This document shows, piece after piece, positions 53,001-64,000 of a stretch of DNA of 64,000 nt. The DNA comes from Phoronis australis (lineage: Eukaryota > Animalia > Phoronida), in the NCBI GenBank assembly GCA_002633005.1, contig NMRA01000155.1:641536-705535 (forward strand), read 5' to 3'. Numbering within the stretch: position 1 is the stretch's first letter; each line of letters begins with the position of its first letter. The notes beneath the pieces were generated by a model. The model saw only the letters and a program-made list of their open reading frames with translations, was not told the DNA's origin and did no database searches. Made by a program: the position numbers and the translations under genes.

Positions 53001-56000
53001 ACCTTCCGCCACGCCGCAGATATATGCACCTCCAGTGTACGTGGCTAGTCGAGAGAAAGGAGAACGCTAAATTAGACTATACAAAGACGATCTCTTAGTA
53101 CACACTTGTACATTATCAAACAATTAGGACAACGAATGAAATCTGAGTGATACCTGGGAGTAATGTATTGGTCCTAGGTGATACTGGGAGTGTATTTTGC
53201 CTTGTTCATCTCAGTTTTTTTAATGTCTCCTTTTCAATCGCATTGCCGTCGGTGCCTGCTGCCATTAAGTGTGAAGTCCTCAATCTACTAAAGGGTTACT
53301 GCTAACCTGTCCCTGAATGGGTGCTGGATTGTTGCGCCGGACGGTGATTTTTTGGTTTGCACAGTAAGAGAGAGTGGGGCTAGTTGTAACACTGTTGGAA
53401 CTTACCGGCCCGTGGCACGGGTTCGGTCCACCCGCTAAACTAGTGCCATCTGCCGCCACAGGTGACCTTTACGCGATCATGGACAGTAACTTCCCAGTCT
53501 CCCTCATGAAACCGGTTGGCGATGAAAGGACTGTCTTTTTATGACCAAGAAATTATTTTGACCATCCAAGTAAGGAAATATGTTTAAAAAGATACCAAAC
53601 CCGGGTTTGGCCTATTAACAGATATTAAAAACGACTTTCCCGTCCAATTCTCTGAAACAAAATAATGCTCTGTAACCCTCAAAAGTTTGCAGGGAAATTT
53701 GAAAACTCCTTTCTAAGTCTGCTAAACGGGAAAGCGTGACCTTTTTGGATCGAATTTCACGGCAACTGTGGAACTGTCCAATCTGTGGCACAGGGAGTAT
53801 GAATTTTTAGTTGATTCCTGCCTTAAAGTTGGAGGATTGACGCCAGTGATGCATTAGCAGGTTACAAAATGAGAATTGGCGGAAATCGTGAAAACAGGGT
53901 TTAATATTCTTTTCATAAGCAACTTGTCTCATGTCTGTTGTATGCAATGACTGAATTACAAAATGGCATTCCGGCCGTCATGAAGTGTTTGATGTCGGGT
54001 TGGAATGGTTATCTTTACCGACGCGCACGCTATCAGTACAGGCTCAGCTTGACCATTTTCGAACTCAGTGTTACAGAGTACGTGAGGCAAGATGGAACAA
54101 ATTAACAGTGGCAAGTTGCCATTTTACATAATTGTTCAAATATAGCAAAGATCCAGGGATGTACTATAGATAAGGCTGTTTCAAATGTTTCAGCTGCGTT
54201 AAAACAAAATGGTAGCTACATGTATGGAACGGAGCTTCATTGCGTGACTGAATCATAATTTGAGCGCGTGACTTGAGAATCCCACTATAGCCTCTATCAT
54301 AGGCGGATTTAGGGGGAACCCCTACCCCCCCCCCCCNNNCCCCCCCCCCCCTTGGCTGCCGCAAGCAAAATGGAACAGCAACAGCGTGAAGCGTGAGGAC
54401 ATTTTGAGTAACTAGGATCCCGTCGGTAGTGGAGAAGGGGGGCCCCAGGTCGCGCCGTTCCGGTTCACATACTCGGCCCCCGAAACTTCGGGCCTGTGCT
54501 GCACATACAATCGCGGTTTGCCCAATTCCCCGAGACAACATGTTCCCCTCCCCCTTGTGGTATCAGTCCTAGATCCGCCACTGTCTATTCATATTATGAG
54601 TGTGGTCCCATAATGGTTCGCAATCATTGTTTGATGAAAACCATTGTGTGATAGCGACAGAGCTGTGCCAAAATGAAACATGTTACAATTAGCCCAATGG
54701 TGGCGCACTATGCACCACGGTGTGTACAATGCGTCCCGCACATGGGCCATGTTGCAACACTTGTGGGTGCTAACATGTAAACAAACTTTGGGGTGTAAAA
54801 ATTAAATTAACATCATATCAAATATCATGATAAACGCCCTGATACCGTTTGGGACAAATTCTATTTTAAGAGAAAATGTTACAGACATCCCGCTCTCCTG
54901 CTGTGGCCGCGAGAGAACACCTAAACGAGACTGCCCACTTGCTCGACCTTTCAGCATCAGTTAGGACTACGTCCGTTGATATGATGACCAGTGGAGTTTA
55001 AGGGGGGCCAAGGGGGCCATGTCTCTCCCCCCAAAAAATTCTCCCAAATCCCATTTGGCAGTTCGAGGGTGCGAATGTCTGACGGGAAAAATCCTGACTA
55101 ATACTCTGCTCTGCCCCCCACCCCCAACTCAAAATCCTGGATCCGCCCCTGGTGACGGACTATCTTGCAACACTACAGGCCCACTCCTTGTGTCAGTTGT
55201 CCTCAATTGTAGGAAGAACCTCTCGTTATCAGCAACACTTTGTAAGCACGCGTTAAATAGTCTCAGCATTAGCTTTAGCTAATTTTGTTCTTACCCAATA
55301 ATTTGAGGAATTTAGTTCACATTTCTGATTTCATAAACCATCTTAACAAAATCGAAAAGTGTGCACGACTAAACCGTACCATCCTGCGTTTATTAAAGTT
55401 CTGGTTCAAATTTGAGATTGACATGACTTGGTTTGGGATAATTCATAAATGTTCATAAGAATGAAATTCCAATTACGGTGTTGCAGTGTATTGGTGTAAC
55501 AAGCTGTAAAAATGCGGGTGCGAATATGCGCGCGAAATATGCGGATGATTATAAGCGATCAGTACATATTTGCATATTTTAAGGCTTCACAACTTCGATT
55601 CGCAAAACCCATGAATGATACTGATAACAATTTAGAAAATATTCTGAATAAAGCGATATTGCGACTGACGAATGTACAAAAAGATAACAATTAGGCGGTA
55701 TATGTCTTTAGGACACAAACTTCGTTGGAGGCGCGACTGTACATTTTGTTATTATGTTTATATATACATGTAGTGTGCCTCTTATGTACACTTCAGTCAT
55801 TGTTCAATTGCATTTAAGTAGGCCTACAGATGTAGTGGACCCAGCGACATGGAGTCAAATGGTAAGAGTGCCAGCATTTAAATATTTGTTGCAAATGCTT
55901 TGGTCAAGGAGATTTCATGATTTGGACCAGCAAAGCTAGGGACTGGTGATTCAGTTTGTCAAGCAAACCAGGAATCGATGTCCTCAGAAATGCCCAGGGT

Positions 56001-57086
56001 TGTAATATCTGATTTCAATTCAGACAATTCAAAAGCAATCTCTTTGAAAATAGCAACAAGCAACTTTAAAATCAAACTCGTTCGCTTCCAATCCCTCGTC
56101 TTGACTTTTAAAAGATTTTTGGACAGACATAGTAAAATGTTGGGCAATTCACATTTGACACCCCTCCCGCTGTGAAATTATTAGTGTGCCCTGTGCCTCT
56201 AGCTATGTGGGTAAAGATGTGCCTATATCCGGAATCAGGAGCATGAGCCAATTTGCGTGATACACTTGAGTTTAATCACAGCTTCAGTAATCCGTGTCAA
56301 AATAGTACACGCTGATGCGTATTCAATTAATTGCCATATTCAAATTAAATCAATTTACAGTAAAGCTATTTAATGGAAACTACAAAGAAACGACAAAAAC
56401 ATCCAGTTTACAATTTTCAGATCCAAAGGACAGCTGCTTAAGTCTACAAAGTGAAGCGTAGGCGCATGTGTCTATGTGAAACGTAAATGTATAATGTGAA
56501 TACTTGAGTAGGAGATTTTCTTCGAAAATACATGACGATTTCGGATATAGGCGTATAGGCCTGAATATACGGGCATACGGTGTAGCATTTACAGTAAACT
56601 CGTTGCAAATCGTTTTCATTTGTCAGTCTTGTCCCATTTTCATTTCAATTTGCATTGTCTTCCACTCTTCTTGTAAGAAAAGCCCAGTCAAAAATGGATT
56701 TCAATTGTTTTCTCACTTTACTCGCGTTGTTTGTGTCGTCAACTAATTAACTAACTTACTAGGCTAAGTGTTATTATGTATTCGTCAAATAAATGTTAGT
56801 TGCGGTGAAAAGGTCTCGAAAATGCTTTATCACTGTTCTGTCATATTATAGTTAGCCATCACATTGCAGTCAACGAAATTAAAAATATTATTTGGCAAAA
56901 ACATCACTCACCTGTCATAGTGAACACACCTACGAGGGGACTGAGGTTTCGCCCGGCTACCATCGCGAGATCAGTCGATGAAGCGTCACTGCCCGCTTTA
57001 TACCTCCGAGCAGCTATGATGCCAAATATCATCACGGCTACGTAAAAAATCAGCAGAGACACTATCCCGATGACGTTCACGGCCAT
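47076..57086 (-). CDS. SLC5A7: High-affinity choline transporter 1-like (SLC5A7 family) sodium:solute symporter, divergent paralogue, 542 aa, 9 exons
   Basis: Exons 57086-56912, 53044-52937, 52630-52475, 51306-51158, 50018-49893, 49404-49251, 48714-48601, 48071-47965 and 47615-47076 total 1629 nt in frame. CHT1 motifs present: VGVFTMTAT, YLTMLDPFQ, FWSAAILSALG, VAYTDIIQL, IPWQSYFQRVLS, AAVMSSMDS, FPQL, GGE, FPFKT. Confidence 0.92.
54298..54583. mobile_element. MITE, GGCGGAT...ATCCGCC family with 5-bp TSD TCTAT
   Basis: TCTAT|CATAGGCGGATTTAGG...CCTAGATCCGCCACTG|TCTAT. Confidence 0.8.
54989..55151. mobile_element. MITE, same family, TSD ATGAC/GTGAC
   Basis: CAGTGGAGTTTAAGG...CCTGGATCCGCCCCTG. 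Interior similar to 45749-45938. Confidence 0.7.
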
Positions 57087-58824
57087 GTTAAAATAATTTT
57101 TGCGAGTTGATACTGGCTTAAAATTTTAATGAGAATGTTCCTCTAACTGGTTTAACTTTAAGCCGAATTAGAATCAGCCCATTGCTAAACGCGGTCGCTT
57201 TTCAAGGTCTCCAGTTGAAAAGAGCATATGGCCCGGTGAAGTGCACGGTCAAGATGAAGATCTTAGCCCAGACTGTGTTATTCACTTCAAGACATCGTTG
57301 TTTTAATTAAATCTCCGAGCTTCGGTATATTGGACATCTCTAAGTGACGGCTGAGGAGTCGTTAATAGTGAGTTAATCGGTAATTTTATCATTTGGTTCG
57401 GGATTATTGGCAAACAGGCTATGAACGAGAAATCGAAGCGACATTTGTGAGCGATTATTAAAAGACCTGTCACAAACATTTCTTGTTTGTCAGAAGTTGG
57501 AGAGCCCTCAAAGAGATGCTTCGTGCAAATAGAATATTCAGCGAGGGTATTGTCGTGGGCGGTTTTCTTCTCATAAACATTAACTGATTTCATTATTAAT
57601 GGGGAGCATATATTTCTTGAAAATCAAAATGTTCGATATTTTGGCGGACTGAACGTCCTGATATTTTTGTGATGCCAATGGTAGCGTTCTATTCTCGTGG
57701 TTACTGCTCAAGTTTGCTCGATTCAATGCGTTTCGGATGTGTGTCTTCCCGGTGAAATTCATTTGAAAGCTTCATAGATAATCCAGCGTAGTGATTTCGA
57801 GTTCTTGAAATACCATAACGCAAACAGTTACGTTTTTTTCAATTTACTTCGAAGCGTTTTCAAGAACGCTGAAACTGGCGTAACGTCTTTTAAGTCAGTG
57901 GTGCCACTAAACACTTTCAGTGTGATTTAACTCGGACATATAGTCTTACTAAAATATCTACCAATTAACATTTGTGCTTTATTCCATTGTCTTAGTTTCA
58001 TGTTGCCTACAAAAATAGAATAGCTCATCACTTGATTTTGTTCTACGCGTACTAGACTTATTTCCACCCAGAATTATGACCTTCCTAGCCCTATTAGACT
58101 GGCGATATTTACCTTCCACTTCACACTCATTGACTTGACAAACACAAAGCGCAAACAGATAATGGGTATCGCGAACCCTTTTGATTCTAAAATTAATGCC
58201 CGGAGTAATGCCGCGAAGGCCTCAACAAACTGATATTACCGAGTTTAATAATATCAAACTGATAATTTTGGGTTTAATCACCCTAGTCCAATAAAAGACA
58301 GTCGTTTTATAAATGGCTCACGCAATAAGTTTCGTTTAATTAATAGCCTGCAAGCCGTGTTGATTTGAACCACTAACTAATAAATCACCAAGAGAGAGAG
58401 ATAGAAATCATTCCTCTTGATGGACATTTTTACACACACACGTACCAACGTTGCATAGGCCTGATAGACACAAGAGTTTGTTATTGCCTCAAACTCTCTG
58501 TGCTTATGCATGGTGACAAGTGAAAACAAACTTGTTTACATAATTTACCTGTATATTTACACATATGTCGACATAAACTTATAATTATACACATGATTGT
58601 ACAGGGGGACAGCATTTCCACACAGGACTGCAAAATATTCAAGAGAAAGATAAATTGTGTTGAAGTTACTTATTAAGAATAGGAAATAAAAAATAAAAAT
58701 CTATACAAATCGCAGAAGAGTGACTCATCCATCAAAAGGTATAAAAGAATACAGAAATAATCCCCTTGATAAACGCAGTAAAACTTCGACAAAGTTTACC
58801 ACTTCAGTTTCTCTTAAAGTGAGT

Positions 58825-61800
58825 CTATTTCCACACAAAGCCAAGCCTTTTGCTAGTGTTCCCGTCACCATAAATGTTCTGTTTAGTTTCCTCTGTTTCA
58901 GCACGGGTGAAGTTAGGCAACTGAGTTCCTGACGTATCCTGTGTCATATAGCTCGGCCTGATACCTCCCTTGCCATGAAACACTGGGCCAAGACCCCCAC
59001 CAATACCCTCCAGAGCTGCCTTCTTGAGAGGGTACACATTTCTACCACCCTTCTCACAGTGCTCGATGACACGACCAGCGTACTCCTGGAACTGTTTCTC
59101 TTCAATGTTGAGCAGCTCAATATTTCTGGCATCCTGAGCCAAACTCTTCTCACGCTCTTCCTGTTCTTTTTGTTTCTTCTCAGCCTAGAATAGACAAGTT
59201 TTAAAGAATGAAATAAGAGTGAAAGGGAGGAGAAACCATGGCAACAGAAACCATGGCAACAAGAACAGTGATGATGACAAGGCCCATCTGAAGTGCATTC
59301 TTTTTGTTTCACCCTACAACGTTCCATTCTCAAGTTATTTGGAATTTCAATTTTCTGATTTGTTCAAGTGCCTTTTATTGACTGATTCCTCAGTGCAATA
59401 ATTTTGTTGATTTGAGATTAAAAAAATAATTGCATGTTGTACCAGACGTGCGCAGGTCACTCAGGTGGGTCAATTGCACTGATCCGATGAAAGCGTTTTA
59501 AATGTTTTATTGATATATAGTTAAAACCGAGCTGAGGAGCTAGAAACCTTACTCAAGGGTCTAGCAGTGTGCCCCAGTGGGACTCAAACCCACGACCTTG
59601 AGTACGGGAAGCAAACACTTTTCCCATTAGGTCACACTGTATCCTCTTTGTTTTGAGATTAGTGCCATGGGTTTGTTACTGCTCTTGCTCATTCGTTTGG
59701 CAGCAGAGTGTTTGTTTACATGAAGATTATAGTCTCATTTTTATACAAATGAGGTCTTAACTCTTCTCGAAATTTATATCATGGTATTTGCATGTCAATG
59801 GCCAAACAAAGACTTGCAATTTGCGCAGTAACTCTGAACCTCCCGAGGTGAACTGCCAACTCGGGAAGGACTGTCACAATGAAATTAATTGCACCATGTT
59901 TTGCAATCTGTAAAATCTACAGATACTGCATGGCCAAGGCAAAATAAGCTTCGGTTGCTATGACAACATCAGTGCACATACTGCGCTTACCATTCTGTCC
60001 AGGTGAAACTTGGACACGTCCTTGTTCTGCGCCAGCCTCCTCTGCTGCTTCTCCTCTTCGTTCCTCTGGAACACGTCGTCTGCTTCTTTACGGATCAGCA
60101 ACAGCTCCAGCTCCTTGCGACGCTCTGCTGCAGCCTTATCTTCTTTGTCTTGCATCTGAAGTAAACAGAATGTTCAGTATGAGAACACTGTGATCACACC
60201 CTAACATTGTAAGATTTCTGACGTTTAAATAGGGAGTATCTTGTAAACACGAAACACTTGTCATAGTAATAGAAAGCTGGTGTAACTAACAGACCATAAA
60301 AGACAACATCATTTCTCATGCATCCAGAAAACAAGGACGCTACCCACGCAAGCATCCTCCAGCCCTCACCAGATCTCACCAATCCATCTGTCCCCATATC
60401 TCCTTATTCTACTCCTCTTTCATCTCCTTGTTCTATCCCTCACCAGCACCTCATTCTATCCCCGCCCCCATAATATTCCACATTCCACCTCTCCTGGTCC
60501 TCCCTTCCCAAACGGTTACCTCGTAACATTTACTTATCAGTACCTGTTTTGCACGCCATTCAGCCGCTGATCGTAAACTCTCTTCTTGTTTACGATTCTT
60601 CTCGGCCTCTTCTTTCTCTCGTTTTGCTTCAGCCTCCTCAAGAGCTTTCTGGATTCTTTGGTCCTCATCATCCTTAGCCATTTTCATCTGGGCTTGAAGT
60701 TTGGCCCGAATTTTGTCAAGACTGTCAAGTTTGTCTCTGTAAAAGCATTTTCAGACAATGACATTGACCCTGGTCTTCAATATCATTCATGGTATAAACA
60801 CTTGAGGTGTATTTGGTCAGTTTAATACAAATTGCAGCGCAAACACTTGTATTTCTGAACAACTCATCATTATAATTTTTTAGTGTTCATTTCATTTCAG
60901 GATCATCAACAAATTAACAAACACACTCATTAAATAAAGGAAATGGCAACCAATTATTGACTGACACACATGAAGGACAATTTCATTGAATGTTGTTGTT
61001 GAATAATTGAGAACTCACTTGTGTATTTTCTTCTCTTTCTCAGCTCTAAGTTTGACCATTTTCCGTTTGGCAGTGGCAAACAATCGGCACTCTTCATCCT
61101 CCTCCATTTCCTGAAACACAATAATTAATGTCATCCAACAAACCATTGCACATACAGTTTATATGACTACAGAAACACTGCAGACAACTTTTGCCACATA
61201 TCAATTTATTTTAATACCTGCTTTTTACTTTCCATAGTATCATTTTTTTACACACAGTGACCTATTGGTGTGTGTGTGATTGTGTGTGTACATCTGTGTT
61301 AATTTCGTCGGATCTTCAAAAGGGGTCTAAGGCAATATGTGTGAGGAGTTAGTGTGCACATAGTTGGTAAATGTAGTGATTATAAATAAATATTACAGGA
61401 AAATAATGTGTTAATCATTGAAGAGTTTTCAAGAATGTGATTCTTAGCAGTTAAAGTATCAGCTATCTAGCTGTGTATGAAAAATCACAGCTAGTGAACA
61501 ATGCGGCTAGCTTTTTAGTTCGCCACAACACCATTTGCGGTCCTCTCTCAATGAAACTAACACATCAAAATCTACCACGTTCAACTGTGTATAAATTATA
61601 TTTTGCACCTTCAACGGCCATTTAAGAGTTGAAACGCAATTTGATGAACGTCATTTTTTACATCACTCTCCTGCTTTTGTAACACAAAAATAGTCAGACA
61701 AAGATTTCAAAACACTGCGTTTGTGACATTTGCATTGCGCCGCTTGTTCGATTACTGTTTGAGAAAGTGACATCATTCAAAAGAGAGACTATAACAAATT

Positions 61801-64000
61801 AAATAAAATTAAAATTTCCTGAGGATTTTGGTTTGGTGGTAGCTCAGAATTCAAAACTACTAAGAAAAGTGCAACCACTTCTGGTAATTTGTTGTGGACT
61901 GTGCACAACCTTGTGAAAGCAGTGCAGTGGGTTGAATAATTAGCAAAAAGAGAGATTAGCCAACAACGGCTCACTTTTACAGCCCTCGAAGTTGACAAAT
62001 GTGATTGCTGCACAAAACTTAGTGCAGAACAATAGACTAATGTCATTATTTCACGGTGGTAGCGAAATTAAATTAATCACGGAAGAGTGTGCTTTTAAAT
62101 GACATGAACTTCGCTCAAGATTTTGTTCAGCTCTCTTTTTACCCAAACTGTTCCACAGCCATATATGAATACAGCCTTGCACCAAGGCTTATGGTGAACA
62201 GCTACAGAGAAGCCTGCAACATGGACATCTTTACCAACCTGCTCCTTCAGAATCTCTTTCATTTTCTTCACATCTTCAATTTGTTTGATGTTGGTAGCGG
62301 CAAGTGTCGTCTGCTCCTGACGCCTGATTTCTTCCAGTCGTGCTTTCTCATCGTGATATTGTATTGCCAACTTTTGCAGCTCTTCACCCTCTTTTTTATC
62401 AGAAATCTCCTCACGAAGCCTTTCTTTGAGGTGCTCACGAATTCTGAAAAGTTACAAAACATTACTTTTTTACTGCCAAGAGTTTACAAAAATGAATGCA
62501 ATAGTTCAGTTTGTCTTCCACAAAGACAATTAGGGGAAACAAATCCATAAAAAATGAGTCCATCAAACAATGGGATTTGTATAATAATATGCAGCAGATG
62601 ACTTACTGAGCCTTTTGGAAGCTTGCCAGCTGTTTCCTGTCTTTGATGCGGGATAGTGCCTTAGACTGGTCACTCAGAACACCTTCCTCATACTGACGAC
62701 GGGCAAGTTCAAGCCACTCCTTGTCTTGGCCTTCTGTCGCTGCCTCCTTCAGTCGCTTCAGCTCTACCTGGGCATCGCGCTCCTTCAGCACCTCAGTCAA
62801 TGTCAGTGCACTCTATTGGTAGAAACATAAAACACAAGATAAGGACTGTTCATTGGGGTAAAATATCAAGTTGCATTATAGTTTGAAAACATTCTACCAA
62901 TATTCTCAGGTGAAAATTAAATTAAACTTACTTACCTTCAACCGACTGACCACAAAATATGCACACACTCAGAGTATTTTATTTTAATGATAACTGACAA
63001 ATTAATACGATCTTTTCAGTTTTAATTAATACAACATATTTATTGTACCAATTATGAGTGCAGTCAAACAATGAAATTAGGAAAAATAAAACATATCACC
63101 CAATGACCAACCTATATGTTAAAGCAATGAGGACAGAGCAAGCGGAGAAGAACACCATTTAAAGGTGGCTTAAGCTAGATCAGACAGAAACCTAATGAGT
63201 CTGGTTTGATTTAAGAAAGGACGTCTATCTGAAGAAGCGTCTTCTGCAAAGATTTTGACAACGAGGATGTTGTGCATATACTTACATGGAAGTTCTTCAC
63301 ACGGTCTGTTTGATAGTACTGCTGGGTCTTGGCTTTCTCTATGGCCTCCTTCCGCAGCCTCGCCTGTAGCTTGGCCTCCTCCAGATCAATTTGCTGCTTC
63401 TCTTCTTCGTCTTTTGCTTCACGAATCTTACGCGCCTGCAGCTTCTTCTGACGTGTACCCTGTAGGCAAATATAGGAACTACATGCATGCAGAGGTGCAT
63501 GGGAAATGCTAATTATCATTCAATTAAAAGGTAAAAAAAATCCATTTGGAAACAAAACAAACTGTTTTTATACAGAAATAACGTCATAATGCTGAGGCAC
63601 TTTTTAATGTGCAACTGAAATTCGACTACGGTAGTTGGTATAATTACCAATAAACAGGTTATTCACTCATAAGTAGCTCAATTAAGGCTGTCAAGTTTGA
63701 AAGTATAGGACAATAACTCCTAAGCAGTAGGATTCATTAGAACCACATGACTGCATTATGCATTGGAATAATTATCTTTTAATTGCTATTCTTTAATGAT
63801 GCCTTTACATAAATAGTGTGGTTGTGACAAGTTAGCTGAACCACCAAAAACTCACAGCAATGGTATTCGCCCAATTTTTCACCGTCTCGATGGCATTGTG
63901 ACGCTCCTCGTCTTTCTGTTTACGTAGTTGAGTGCGAGACTGTACCTCTAGCTGTTTCTTATTGAGTTGATACTGAATGCGATCAAAGTCACTTTGTGTC
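58825..64000 (-). CDS. CFAP210: Cilia- and flagella-associated protein 210 (CCDC173, TPH-domain coiled coil), 3' 8 exons (5' end outside window)
   Basis: Exons >64000-63856, 63459-63286, 62812-62607, 62443-62239, 61110-61019, 60736-60544, 60155-59991 and 59184-58825 are phase-consistent. Motifs: VKNWANTIAGTRQKKLQARK, QYYQTDRVKNFHSAL...VLKERDAQ, GGGLGPVF...IRPSY...QLP...KRLGFVW. Confidence 0.9.
59570..59636 (-). mobile_element. tRNA-derived SINE head fragment in a CFAP210 intron
   Basis: The minus strand reads GTGACCTAATGG...GGTCGTGGGTTTGAGTCCCACTGGGG. Related to 12562-12628. Confidence 0.55.

Noticed and set aside
55900-56165. Possible old LINE reverse transcriptase fragment on - (IFKEIAFELSE...ISLTK)
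   Set aside because: Similarity is too weak to support by eye and would need a translated search.
59531-59548. CTGAGGA...GAAAC hammerhead-like core
   Set aside because: No room for helix II and no flanking pairing.

Overview
This is intron-rich animal genomic DNA, probably from an invertebrate deuterostome (inferred from gene structure and repeat content), not prokaryotic. Most ORF-track entries are spurious or single exons. I reconstructed six spliced genes by hand from GT-AG junctions and reading phase: the 3' end of DCTN2 (+), a complete 3-exon BAMBI (-) whose signal-peptide exon lies 19.2 kb upstream of exon 2, LAGE3/PCC1 (-), ARL5 (+, canonical exon 1 not found), a divergent SLC5A7/CHT1-like transporter (-, 9 exons) and the 3' part of CFAP210/CCDC173 (-). 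Non-coding DNA holds MITEs (one nested), Helentron-like non-autonomous elements, a LINE 3' fragment, a decayed THAP/Kolobok-like element, tRNA-derived SINE heads and tandem repeats. The most notable observations are: (i) a ~1.7 kb Helentron-like element upstream of BAMBI with 11 co-oriented CTCF-like motifs at ~150 bp spacing, in a ~450 bp higher-order repeat, plus a perfect BMP-response element; (ii) a CHT1 paralogue with a remodelled choline-binding aromatic cage; (iii) a hairpin holding poly(A) signals for both convergent genes DCTN2 and BAMBI; (iv) the atypical ARL5 N-terminus. Comparisons to human and fly proteins are from memory and no searches were run.
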